DNA from: Curvularia clavata
Taxonomy: Eukaryota
NCBI GenBank assembly: GCA_023920165.1
Contig: CP089275.1
Coordinates: 1,488,001 to 1,552,000 of the forward strand
Direction: 5' to 3'
Length of the DNA: 64,000 nt
Shown here: in pieces, positions 13,215 through 26,091 of the stretch
Layout: each line of letters begins with the position of its first letter
Position numbering within the stretch: the first letter of the stretch is position 1
Position numbers and translations under genes: made by a program
Notes under the pieces: generated by a model
Told to the model about the DNA's origin: nothing
Seen by the model: the letters and a program-made list of their open reading frames with translations, nothing else
Database searches by the model: none

Positions 13215-13557
13215 TTTCATCAGGCCCTAAGCGTATCTAATAAGACTTGTATAAACTTACCAAGTAGCAAACAATTCATATTCCACTAAAGATTCGGCTC
13301 CAAATATAGTAAAACCCGGACTCATCTCGGTAGTGTTGCACTACATAAGCTAGTAAGTACCTAGGTAACGCGGGGCTCCGCAACACATCTTCAACACCAT
13401 CAACCCATGACGTTCGCAAGCTTTGTTTTCGAACGTACTAGGAACTAAAACGGTTCCTGACAAGATTCATTTGCGATTTATAAAATTCACAATTGATGAA
13501 ATTCCAGCAGCGCATTTAGACTCCGTACACAGTTGCCAACGAACAGCTCCGTCCATC

Positions 13558-14844
13558 ATGTCTAACCCCACAATTCACAAATATGGGACTGACGACGGGT
13601 GGCACGGTGTGATCCAAGAGGGCGGAGAGTTTCCCCCGGAGAAGGACAGATACCATCTTTACATTGGTAAGCTCAGTCAACATCCTACATAGTTTCTTTC
13701 TACAGCAAACCATCCAAACTACTAACAATCAAATTCCCCGCCATTCAAGTCCCGACCTCCTGCATCCTCCCTTCTCTAACCAAAACAGGTCTCTTCTGCC
13801 CCTACGCCCACCGCCCCAACTCAATCCGGCATCTCATGAACCTGGAATCATATCTCCCCCTCTCCATAGTCAAACCCTATCCCAAAGGCGAACCTGGCTG
13901 GCGCTTCGACGCCACCTACCCAGGCAGCACGCCCGACCATCTTTTCAACAGTCAATTCATGCATCAAATCTACTTCCGCGACGATCCCGCCTACAAAGGC
14001 AAGTACAGCGTGCCTCTCATCTGGGACAAGAAAACCTCGCGCATCGTCTGCAACGAAAGCGCTGAAATGGTAAAATGGCTCCCTCACGCCTTCACTTCCT
14101 TGACCGGACCGCCGGACCCCAAAGCAAACCTGGACCTGTACCCCACCTCCCAGCGCGAGAAAATCGACAGCATTAAGTCCTGGCTCACAGACCTCGTCTG
14201 CAACGGCGTGTACAAAGCCGGGTTCGCGCGGACCCAGCAAGACTACGAGACGCACGTTGTGCCTCTTTTCGCCGCCTTGAACCGCCTCGAAGCCTTGATC
14301 CATGAGAATGGCGGGCCGTATATTTTGGGTTCCCAGATGACCGAACTGGATATCTTTGCTTTCCCGACCATTGTACGCTTCGATACGGTATACGCTCAGC
14401 ATTTTAAGACAAATCTGGGCTCGATTCGGCATGATTATCCGGTGCTGAATAATTGGCTTAAGGGATTATATTGGAATGTGAAGGCTTTCAGGGAGAGTAC
14501 AGACTTCAGGCACATCAAGGAGAATGTCAGTTGATATGGTTTTCTTTCTACGAGACTCAAGTTCTACCCCTTATTCTATGACTGGCAGGTCAGGGGGGAG
14601 AAGCGAAGAGATATGAATTTCTGGTGTGAACGAGTTCAGATGAATTTTGCTGACAGGAGATGCGCCCGAATAGTACACGAAGAGCCACGGCGACATTAAC
14701 CCGTTGGCTATCACTCCCCTTGGTCCTTATCCCAATGTTGAAGAGAGATACGAGGAGGACTGGAGTAAATTGAGGCCAGGCAATGTTGCTCACCCACGGG
14801 TGCTAGAGGTGCAGAGTACGCTGGAAGCGCAGAGTAAGTTATAA
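13558..14844 (+). CDS. Omega-class glutathione transferase / glutathionyl-hydroquinone reductase (Ecm4/Gto-like), C-terminal SKL
   Basis: Exons 13558-13666, 13789-14525, about 14674-14844. RYHLYIGLFCPYAHR active site, VPLIWDKK, NGVYKAGFA, RFDTVY, HIKENYTKSH; ends ...EAQSKL. Confidence 0.93.
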
Positions 14845-15087
14845 CGGTGCAGTGTTGACACTTTTTGGCCGTGAAGAAACACGAAAATGTTCAAGATGAT
14901 GAAAGAAAGCAATCCAGGGTAGTGATAACATCAAAGATATCATTGCGATCTAAGTTTTGGGTTATTTCAATGCCCTAGTTCCTATAGTGTACATATCGCG
15001 CGCTGACAAACATAGTCCTGGCTTCAAAATAGCGCTACAACAGCGAATACTTCCTTTTTACAACCCCCACAACCAAGAAAAATCCAT

Positions 15088-16728
15088 CTACTGCGTCTTC
15101 TTGGTGCTCTTCTCGGTAGGTGCACTGTACAACCAGACAGCAACAAAAGCGAGCCATCCGAGAACGGTGACCCAGATGCCACCGATCCATACCCACGCAC
15201 CGCTGATCTGGAAACTCCTTGGGTATTCATCATGCGCAAAGTGCCTGACAGTAACTTGCCTCTTCTCATCAATGTTGGTAACGAATGGGCGGCGGTAGTT
15301 GACACGGAAGTTGAAGATTCCGTGCTGGTCGGGTGTCTTAAATCCGGTACCGAAGATGGTAGCGTTCTCGGTTTGCGCGATTGGAGACAGATTGAGGCGG
15401 TGGAAAGGCGAAAGCATGCTGAATTCAAGCTGGATGTTGTCATTAGGAGGGAGGACGAATGGAGCGAGGTGGTCGTTTTCATATTCGGAGATCTCGATTT
15501 GGAAATGCTATCGTCAAGTTAGCTACGAATAATGGGAGTGAACAAATAAGTAACTTACAACATCGCTCTTGACACGATAAATGCTGGGGTTGTTCTCAGG
15601 AACAGCGGAGCTGGTGTTTAGCTTCTTGCTCTCACCCTCGTCCTGGTAGTGGATGAGCTTGCCAACCTTGAGCACACCTGTCTCCTTGAAAGCCCAAGCT
15701 GAAAGCTTCTGGGCGAATTCGCGGTTTCCAGTAGTGATAGACTTGTCTCCAAGCTTTGCCTTCTCGGCGAACCACTTGTTCTGGAGCATCTCAGCAGAAC
15801 CAACAACGACCAAGCGGGCGGCATTGTTTGCCTGCATGGCGGAGACCAAGTTCAGCTGACCGCCGACCGCAAATGGGTCTTCGGATGCCTCGGCTTCGTC
15901 CTTGGGGTTATAGCTGTATGCAGTGCTGGGTGCGCGAAGAATGGGCGAAGTTAGTGGGGACTCGTTTCCAAGAGCCTGGCCAACAGCGCGCGGGACTGCA
16001 ATGTATCCTTCGCCAGCAAAGTAGTTCTTGACGTCGGGCCTGAGCGCTTTCGGGAATGGAAGGAGAAGCACATCGTGCTTCTCATCTGCGGACAGCGAAT
16101 CATAGTTGAAGTGATCAACAACCAATGCTCCCTTGTCGTTGGGGACACTGATGTCAACTTCGAGTAGCATCGATTGGACGGCCGTGGGAATAGGGTGTTC
16201 GCTCGAGAGGGCAACGAGGACGTTTCCATCCTTCTTCATGAATTCGAGGAGGTTGTTCGCAGTCAGCGCAGGGCCGAGTCCCTTAGACTTGCCCGGGAGG
16301 AGGAGAACATGGTCGAATGCTCGTTCACCATGCTTTAGTAGTGTGAGCTTGCTCTCCTTTGGCGATTCGACGGTTGTGCTGAATCCTCGTGCTGCATTGC
16401 AATGTTAGCGCTATTGCATGCGACAATGGTGTTGATCGATCGTTGGTTGCTCGTATGAGGCCAAGTTGCAAGTTCCCCAACTTGACAAGTCCACGACCAG
16501 GGCGTGGAATAATCCAATGCTGGGTAACTGCACCACATATATGCCGGCCACCCAGCTGCAATTGACAGAATGGATCAACTTACACGTCAAGTCCTCGAGA
16601 AACACACTGTACTTCTCCCGCTCTGCCTGCTCCTCGAGCACAACCAGCAACCGGCTGCCAGTAAAGCTCTTGGCCTGGACGACCACCGACCAGACAAAGA
16701 CGACGGTAAAAGAAAGTAACCACCTCAT
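15088..16728 (-). CDS. WBP1: Oligosaccharyltransferase beta subunit (Wbp1/OST48)
   Basis: Exons 16728-16584, 16391-15559, 15507-15088. Signal peptide, PDQHGIFNFRVNYRRPF, VRHFAHDEYPRS, C-terminal TM and KKTQ ER-retrieval signal. Confidence 0.95.
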
Positions 16729-17053
16729 CTTGTGGCTGTTTGGAAGTTGAACCTGTCAGAATGCGCAGCCGCGTGGAGAGCTGTCGGGAGATACGTATGC
16801 ATTTGCCAAGACTTGTCGGCCCCGGAAAATCGCTGGACGCCGATTGGAGGTGAGCGGGAGTGTTCGCTGAGCTGCAAGCAGCTAACCTCACGACATAGCG
16901 TTTGACTGCCATTGTGACGCCAGACCGAGGCATTGGGCCCTTCGCATATTGTGCCTCCATTTCTTCGCTATACGTCAACGATATCCGTACGCGCGCGCAT
17001 AGTTCCCGCATTCTCCAGACCCGCGCTTACACACGAGCAGCATCACAGCCAAC

Positions 17054-17405
17054 ATGTCCGGTGTCCCTCCCTCCCCGCTCTTCTTCCGCCAGCCACTGCG
17101 CTACCTCAAGTGGGCTGCTTACAACAAGCCGGCATACTTTTATTCCATCGTCATCGGCTGCGCGGGTCCCATAATGGTGGTTACTGTCCCACCGATCCGG
17201 AGATACATGGGCGAGGAGCCCATCCAGAAGATTCCCTTGACATACCCAGGTACGTGAGAGCGAAGAGGAGGAAAGAAAACGCGAACCAGGATACTCTTCC
17301 ACGCGCGGAGATTTTCTTCTCTTTCCAGGTGGTGGAGTGGTATGCTAACCCATGATAGTACCAAAGGGACCACGACCAAGGCCAGCAGGATTCGATGACG
17401 AGTAA
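17054..17405 (+). CDS. NDUFA3: NADH-ubiquinone oxidoreductase 9.5 kDa subunit (NDUFA3/B9-like)
   Basis: Exons 17054-17249 and 17359-17405 give PLRYLKWAAYNKPAYFYSIVIG...IPLTYPVPKGPRPRPAGFDDE. Confidence 0.88.
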
Positions 17406-17704
17406 AGGGACGTTAGAAGAAGTGGGAGTCAAGAGATTACAAATGGTTCCATGAGACGCTTGCGTGGCTCAAAAGCAGGACACGCGAGCAAGTGTATGAC
17501 GCAGGCAGTTCGGTACCTTTAGTCGTAGATGTACGGCAGCATACTGTACAAAGCATATTTTTCATTCTGTTACTATGTACACTGGAAACCACGCAAGATA
17601 TCAAGAACTGTTCTCCTCCCTTTCCCCTGCCCAATTTCAACCAACACTTTTTTGCATCTCATACTGATGGTGTAGCCTCCAACCAAACACGGCGGTTATA
17701 CGAA

Positions 17705-19137
17705 TCAGGTCATCTTCGTACGTTTTCCCCTCTCAGATCCAGACTCCATATCATCACTTTCAAACTCATCATCCCCCTCATCTCCTTCCTCTCCTTCTCT
17801 CATGTCCACACCACTTATCCCCTTACTCTTCCTGGCCGAATTCAAGTTCAGCATGGCAATATCGTTGCCCCCAGGCAAATACTTCTTCCTCTTTCCCAAC
17901 GCCCCTCCTTGCATGTGGCTTTCCCACGGATACTCTCGCTTGTCGAAGACGACGCATGTCAAATATGAGACCGGGAATTTCTCAACATTGAGCTGACACT
18001 TTGACGTGAGAATACCATATTCCTCCACCACCTCCTTGACGCAGTTCTTAATGTCCATGAGGTGATGTTCCATGACCCGAACCGCCTTAGACGATGTAGT
18101 GAACTTCGTCTCCTGGAACTCTTTGAGAAGCTCGCGATCCGCATCCGCATCTGCTCCTGCACCAAGCTCCTTGTACAGTGCGTATCCGCAGTCGGCGGCG
18201 TGCTGACCTTGGTTCTTGACCAGGCACTGAGTGAACCACTCTCGGTAGAACGTGAGTGCGGCCCAGCCCAAGATATGTTTGGCGAGGTCGGCACGCGTGG
18301 CGTATTGGCTAGGCAGAATTGTGCTCGGAATCAACGACACGATGCTCAGCTCGAGTTTCTGGCACCGTTCCAGCAGCTGTTTGTGGTGCCGCTCGATGAG
18401 TGCAACCAAACCGGGAATTTCCGACAATTGCTTTCGAACATCCAAATGAGGTTTCTTTTCTAGGGCACGCCAGTTTCCGACCAGATGGACAAGGCATTCT
18501 TGAAAGAGAAGTTCGCTGCGGATTCGGACTGCTAGCTTAACCCATGCATGTGGCGCGTTGGCAATTGCCTGGAATACTTCTTGGCCGTACTTTAGCAGAG
18601 CGACTTCGATTGGCTTTGAAATGACGTTCGTGCAGCCCAGGTAGTCTGACTTCTCGAGAAGATCATCGCAGTGTTCCAAAGCAGTGACCATATTAGTCCC
18701 CTTGATAACGAGATCCTTGTTGTAAAAGGCATAAAGTATAGACTCATATTGTTTGAAGCATTTTTTGGCTTGCGGGATCAATCCGTTCTCATTGACGATG
18801 AGACCTTCGCAGTTGTCAGCCCGCTCGCCTAGTTTATTGAGCTTCTACAGTGGTGGTCAGTGACAATGTTCTTTGGATGTGGGGAAAGGATCAAGTGCTG
18901 AAAACTTACGACTAGATCGAAACGACCGGCCGGGTATTTGTCACAGGGTAGTTGAACGAGCTCGATCATCCATCTGATCTTAATACCGGCATTGCGAGCC
19001 CGACTGCTCAGTTGGGCAGCATTTGGCTCAGTTAACATGTCTGCGAAAAGAGGGGAGTTGCGGGCCAATGTTCCTGAGTGGAATTTGTAGTGGCGCCCAT
19101 AGCCCAGGATGACCTCGACGTCTTCCGGTTGGTTCAT
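17705..19137 (-). CDS. Fungal BTB/POZ-like domain protein
   Basis: Exons 19137-18910 and 18844-17705. DVEVILG..YKFHSGTLARNSPLFADML, SDYLGC, RIRSELLFQECLVHLVGNW; acidic and basic tail. Confidence 0.75.
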
Positions 19138-20050
19138 GTCGAATTTGTTCGGGACTGGATGAAGTGGCTGTAGTAAGAGATGGTTGAAGATTCCAAGTAG
19201 CAATGGAGTGGATGGAGTGAATTTGACGAGGGATGGTTGCAGACTGTAAGCAGAAAAGTTTTGTAGAAATCACAAAAGTCTACGTGGAACTCAAATACTG
19301 TCGGGCGGGCTCCAACATGTGATAAAAGTCTGTAATAATAGTCGGTGAAGTGAAGGATATCAGACAACTTAGTGCACTGTGTTTGCCACAGTTATTCAAA
19401 GAGTGATAGTAATATACACTGTGCCAAATACAGGGCATCTCAGATGTCGCAGAAGCGATGGATGAGGCTTTGTAGTTGCCCAACACCACCTTGATTAGGT
19501 CCCTCGTTACAAGTAACTTGCATGATGTATTGATTCTTTTAGGATTTTTGAATGCCAAATTCTATGGTTATTTATAAGATTATAGAAAGATGCACTGCGC
19601 GAAACACTAGGTCTTCCGGATATCGTAGAAGTGTTTGACAAGGTTGAATAGTTGCCCAACCCTTACTATGGAACTGGTTCTTCGCTGCAAGGTAATTTGC
19701 ACGATGACACAGTTATCTAGAATGTCGCAGGCAACTTCATTATATCATGTCAGTTTATCCAAAACCTTGGTGCCATTATCCATTTGCGAATAATCGCAAG
19801 CATGGCCTACATTCCTTCTACCTACTGAGGAAAGCTTACAAAGTTCAAGAGCGAATTAACTTTGAGGAGGTATGCAAGCTGAAGAACTACAGCATCTAGG
19901 TTAGAAAGATAAATCGAGGAACATCCCGGCAGCAAAAACCTTCTCTTGACTACGTCTCGATGCAATAAGCATCATTCGGCGTGAGCTTTTGTGCACCATT
20001 CCCACCTCTTTGATATCATCTGCATCAAACATCCCTTCTGCTCCTACTGC

Positions 20051-21101
20051 CTACTTAGAAGGTTCAGTGGTGACCCTCGTCAGCTTATTCTCACTCGCCT
20101 CGCTATGATTCCCACTGAACCGCCATCGGCCAAAACATGTCTTCTTCTCTGACTGCCCAGCACTAGCGCCTTTGACGTCTTTGAAGCAGAACGCCGGGTG
20201 GCATATATTCATGAGTAGTACAGACGCGATAACGACTGCTCCCTCGAGACCGATAAAGTATCTTTGAGTAGTCGCTAGATAGCCTCTCCAGCCCTCACTC
20301 AGCTCAGCAACTCGAAAGACACATCTTGTGAAGATGCAGAGGGTAGATAACGTCAAGGCGATGATAAAAGCCTTGAATGACCGAGACTGCCTGATTGCCT
20401 GCTGCGACTGATTTGGAACGGGCAGTGAAGGTGCTTTTCGGCCACGGAATGTGCGCCACGCGAAGTCGGCGGATATGAGGATAAAGGCGAACATTGTTGC
20501 AACTTGGAAAGCCAAACCGGCGATCATGACACGGTCACCCTTGGTCGGGTTCTCTCCTCGGTGTATAGCAACACTGGCCATACCTCCTCCAATAGCCTGA
20601 AGCACGAGAGAGACGACGTCGCAGGGAATGAAAATCTTTGGGTAGGAGTAAGGCTTGATGCGTGAATTTTCTGGACCGATGGTGGTGACAATACGGGAGA
20701 GACAGAGATAGAGACCTGCAGCGAGGAAGGCAGGGCCAATAGTCAAGCAGACGATTTGGATGAGGAAGGGATTCTGAACGGTATCAGCGTCTGAGGGAGT
20801 GGTTCGAACAACACTGTTATCTATCACCAATACTTGCCTCTGAAAACATGTCCTCATGCGCTAGTATGCGTCCAATGTAGCCAATGACTTCGAGTGCACA
20901 GCCTGCAGCCATAGCACTACTAAATGCGAGCCATTTTCTGTTCGTGGCGCCCTGAATCACAAAAGTGATAAACGATATTCCGAAAAGCACCAGAAAGGTG
21001 GTGTTAATGCTAAAAGACGGCCGGTACATCCAGTATGCATAGTAGATGGGGCAGTTGTCGGAAGGAAGGTAGCAGGGCGTGCCGTCATATCCTAACATCA
21101 T
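20051..21101 (-). CDS. RTA1-like lipid-translocating exporter (7-TM)
   Basis: Exons 21101-20838 and 20773-20051 (GC-AG intron). GCALEVIGYIGR, IGPAFLAAGLY, CDVVSLVLQAIGGG, RCVFRVAELSEGW, HPA. Confidence 0.92.
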
Positions 21102-23258
21102 AGTGGGCAATCTTGCTAATTTGGAGTCGCTGTGGGTGTGTGGTTATGTGTAATCAAGGGTGTGGTAGAAAAGTTGTGGTCTGTGTGAGCTGAAAAAAAT
21201 CAAAGTATGAGAAGTGGGTGAGTTGCTCAGAGCACTCATGGAGCGAACCGTGGATACCAAAGTCCCCGTTGAACCAGGGGAGTAGTGTGGGAGCAAACAT
21301 AGAAAGCGGGTCCAAATGATATGCAACCCCGCTTCGAAGGAGTGAAACCACTCCAGTGCGACAAACAAAATCTGGCCTCGATTGGGCACAGGCCCTCATC
21401 ACAAGATGGCATGAACGATGAGACGCAGGATTGAGAAAGAACGTTTTTACAATAGGATACATGCCAGAGACAAAGGCATTGGTTGGAAGGGAAAGAGGCG
21501 AAACCCTTTGGTTCCATGGTGCCATCGTGGCAAGTGGTGAGATTGGTTTACTGCAAAGTAGTGCGAGAGTTTTGAGGCCCGGGAAACACGACCTTTGGGT
21601 GGGCTTCAATTTCCATAAAGTAGAATATGTGGAAAATCACTGGATCCTGAACCGAGTACTTCCAATGGACCTTGGCAGAGAGCCTCGAGGATAGTGCCTC
21701 CATGGCATAACAATACTTACAGATATTGTGCTTATGTTGTAGCCCGAAATTGCAGCCGAAGACGATACTAGTGTACTCAGAGTCACAAGGGCATCGTTGC
21801 ATTGCCTGTAAAAAGAAACATGGTTGCGAAACAGAGGAGAAATTTCAAATCATAGATGCGATGTACTTTTGGGCATGAAAGGAAACCATGGCGGCATGCA
21901 AGGCTGGTTATACAACGGACACGAGGTTAGCTATGAACTCTGTTATGACGTAGGCGGTCACCGGCAATCGATACGGGAGGCTTATCCCCATGCATAACGC
22001 CGGCCAAAGCCACAGAGGACTACAAACGCCGTTAAGCAAGGGTCTCAACTATGATCGTCACTAGGTGGATATCGCGTCTTTTGCGTCTTCTGTAATCAAC
22101 AGCCAAGGCATGTATTCGTGCCTTTGCATGTGTCTGTGGGGTTGTCAGGCGCCAGCGACGCAGGTACGAGCGGGATGGCCAGAGGGGGTAAAGCCGATCA
22201 CTATGCACATGCCAGCCAGCGACAACATGGCAGCCCCTGGACGAGGATACCAGGCTTGTTTTGGAGATTGCATTTGCTTCTAGAGGAGCGTCAGAGTGAG
22301 ATGTGGCTGGCCAATTAGCACACGCATGTCGAGGCCCGTAGGTCTCGTCCAGGCTGCAACCTAGGCTGCTGGACCCGGATACGGCGGTGGGCAGGACGAT
22401 GCCAGCGCAGGCGGCTGTGATAAGTGCATGCAGGGAGCTTCGACAATGGTAGGACAGGCTGACGGTGGGCGCAAGACGGGGCGGTGGAAGTGCCAGGACG
22501 GACGTCGAGTCGGGTCGAGTCGAGTAATCGCCAATCCCCTGTCGGTACTAGCGCCACCAGCACGGCCGCCGTGGTGAGATGGCATGCAAGCCGACGTCGA
22601 CGTCGTTTCCCGCCGACGACTGTACGTTCCTCTGCCCAACCTCTACCGGGCTGCTTGTATACACGGCTTCGACTTTGTGCATCTGCGACTTGGTTCAACT
22701 TGGGCCTCCGAGGCGCTAGTAGAGTCCCTGCTTTGGCGAGCAGAGGCCACCACCACAGCAGCCAGAGCGCGTGGATTGGCTGGCCTTGGCGGCGGCGGCG
22801 AACCCAATCCCACGTCTTCGGCATTGACACATCCATCACCCAGTCACTCGTTCCCACCACCTTTGAGCCCGCTGCTTGACGACTCAGTCTGTTGGACTTG
22901 AACATATTATCCTGTTGTTGTTCTGGCTGCATCCGGTTGGTCACCATCCCACGCAAATAATAGAGGGGTTCTCCGCTAACTAGTCTCCAGTACTGTCCCT
23001 CACACAAACCCCCCTCGAAAAAGGTGCGTACAGCTTCCGATTCCCCAACACCGCGTTTCGCCACGAGTCCAAAGGATCAGAAGTTGCTGCAAATCCCCCT
23101 GCGCTTGGGGCAGCCACGGTGGTCAAGGGTGCAGTGCTGACGTGGGAACGCCAGGCCACGACCGAGGAGAGTCTTAAGCATAGCTGGTCCTTTTTTTTGG
23201 AGGCACGATACCGGCCACTCCGCCTTGCTGATTGGGCATCGGAGGAAGCATTGCCAGC

Positions 23259-25187
23259 ATGGCAGCGGCGACTGCGGGTAAGTACTAGACGTTGTCATGG
23301 ACTGCCCACCTCTCTGCCTATTTCCTTGTCGCGGACCACATCATTGCACCCACATACCCAGTCCGAGCCTATTTTTGTTCGCTCTACGTGTATCTGACAC
23401 GGCTTGTTTCCTTCACAGGCTACGAGTGGAATCGTTCCTCGCCGCTGCGCTCTTCGCCCGACACTTCCTCGTCCATGTACCCCGACCGGCCCATTCGCCC
23501 TCTACCCAGCCGCTCTCTGCGCGCTCGGCTGTCGCCCGAGCAGGCCGAGACGATTGTGTATCCCCACAATCCGCCCCCCACAGGCCCGCTCTTCAACTTC
23601 CCATATGTGGCCGACGAACGAGTGCGTCCACACAGGACTGGAACCAACGACCACCATGCCTGTCACTGTGGCCATACACACTCTGAGGTAGAGAGCGACG
23701 ACGATGAGGATGACCGAAATGGGCCGCTGCCTACATCTCCGAGTTACGCGTACAGCAGACATGCATCTGGGAAACCTGTTGCCAGCGTCACGGGCGCCCA
23801 TCGCAAGCCAGCTTCGCCAACGTCTTCAGTGGATGGCTATGAGTCGTTTGAGAATACGAATAACAAGAAGAAGCGCAAGATTCCAAACATGGGTAGCAAC
23901 GGTTCCCATCATGCGAGCCTCTCGGCGGACCTGGCTGGTATAGCCGTGGCACCTGTCCAAGAGGCAGGAGCGACTGACGATGGTGACGGAGATGGTGCGG
24001 CGCGCTATTACGGCTCGGCGCCCTCTACACCTCAACACACCACTGCTTCTGGAACAGGCATCTCGGGCGCAGGCAGAGGGCGCTTTGGTCGCTCTGGCTC
24101 AGGACGATCAGAGAGACGCGTCTTGACCACGTCGAGTACCCTCGCCAACGCCAAAGCGAACAGCAAACGTACGGTCCCACCTCGGAAACTCGTTTATCTT
24201 AAATTTAAAAAGATAGTCCGTGCGCTGACTACTTGTTTTCTAGGTCCCCCAGAGCAAAGCGGCATCATTTCAACGGCCATCGCCAACGCTGCAGCAACCC
24301 CGCCACCCCACGGCAACGAGAACGTCAGTCTTTTGCAACAGGAAGCCGCCAAGAATAGCGCAAACAAGACGCAGTTCACCTTCACCTGCGGCTCTGACTC
24401 GGCGAACAAGATGGTTTGGCCAGGCCAGGAAAACGGGCAGTATTCTCAGCCACCGGGTACCTACTCCAATACTGCCACACCCCAATCCCACCCTCAAGGC
24501 GTCCGTGCCCGCCCTCCTGTCCGCTCCGACGTCCCAATGGTGTCTACGCAGGGCACTCAGACCAGTCCGAGCATGAATGAGGCAGGTGGATACCCTCCTC
24601 CTCCCAACGGAACCCCACGCCGGCCTACTGGACCCCCACCACCACAGCAAGCTCCACCGCCACGAAAGCCTCGACGCAGTGCCTCAAAGTTATACGAGTA
24701 CGCTGCCCGCAAGCGTCGCATCCAGCAAGAATACGCCAATTTTCACAACCCTCCCACCCAGCCGTGGATCTGCGAATTCTGCGAATATGAGGATATATTT
24801 GGTCATCCCCCTATGGCTCTCATTCGCCAGTATGAGATCAAGGACAGGAAAGAGCGTAAGCGTTTAGCGGAGAAGCGTCGTCTGTTGGAGAAGGCCAGGA
24901 TGAAGGGACGCAAGGGCAAGAAGGCGAGCAAAAAGGCACAAAATAATGCCAACAATGCTGCGCATAACCAAAACCCTCCGCCAGGTACCTATGACCGACG
25001 GGACGACGAAGGCTCGCTAGACCCACAAGACGAGTACTACGATGACGACTATGACGAGCCTATTGCGACTTGCCCGCACGGTTGCCCGCATCACTCGCAC
25101 CCTAGCCATCCGCCTCCTCAGAAAGTTCCAGGATTGCCACCCGGGGATCCCCGTGGAGGAGGGCCGCCGGTGACCAATGGCGCCTAA
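23259..25187 (+). CDS. Conserved-type fungal nuclear protein of unknown function (CxxC motif, basic coiled coil)
   Basis: Exons 23259-23277, 23419-24168, 24244-25187. MYPDRPIRPLP, FENTNNKKKRKIP (NLS-like), WICEFCEYEDIFG..P.ALIRQYEIKDRKE. Confidence 0.8.
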
Positions 25188-26091
25188 CAAATGGACGAGA
25201 TGGGGTGGGCCGTCTGTGTTCTTGCATTATGTCTCGTTTTCCTGTCTTTTCGAGTCGCCTTCATCGTCGGGGTTGTTGCAGCAGTGGGTCGAATCTCAAG
25301 ACGTGGATTGAAGAGAATCTTTGAAGTGAGAGGAGGCTGAGCATGTGTGGTCTCTTCTCCTATCGATTCCCAATTCAAGGCCACCATTACCTGGACCCTG
25401 ACCCGGACAACCCCAGCGTGTGGCGCATTCCCTTACCCTTTGTGTGTTTTTTCTCGAGCGTTCTAGCATTGTTTCTAGCATTTCCCCGGAGCCCCTGTAC
25501 ATTCAGTCGTTTCCGACTCTACGTTGTATAAAGGACGACAACTCCCTACAACCACCTTCCCGAACCCCACATGCACATCCTACACCACATCACATACCTC
25601 CAACCATACAACCCCACTCTATAACAAACCAAAAAACATACATGGTCGAAACCTGAGACGGACTCGAGCATAGGTCCATCGTCCTACAGGTATTGTAGAA
25701 ACAGCACAGGAAACAATTTGGGTAGCGCCTTCAACCTTTTCAGCTACTGCATCTTGGTTCTGCTACTGGGACTTGTGCGTGCTATATTGGACGCTGCCGG
25801 CTCATACATTTTCTGTCGGTATACATACGGATAGGGAGATCACGTATGAGACGGTAGCCATGAGGCTAGAATAAGGACCATGTTTATAGCATCCAATAAT
25901 GAATAAAAAAAAGCCTTAGTCCCCAGTTATGTCTTGAATTCTTGTATGTGCTGAGTGATCTTTTATGTCGTCAAAAGAAAAGCTTGTGGATATTTGTAGA
26001 AGAGAAGAAAAAAGTCTTATTCATTGCATATCCCAATGTCGTAAATAACATGGCACCATAGTCTATCTGTTTCTTTTTCCCTCGTTTTTTT

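Noticed and set aside
14526..14673. Internal CAG|GTCAGG in GST intron 2 as a second recursive site
   Set aside because: No proper CTRAY branch point before the internal AG and a weak donor.
19900..20053. About 49-codon open frame after the RTA1-like TAG (possible readthrough)
   Set aside because: No readthrough context or targeting signal; length is compatible with chance.
22315..23064. 249-aa minus-strand ORF and overlapping ORFs
   Set aside because: GC/CpG-rich promoter and 5' UTR of the 23259 gene; non-ATG start and non-protein-like composition.
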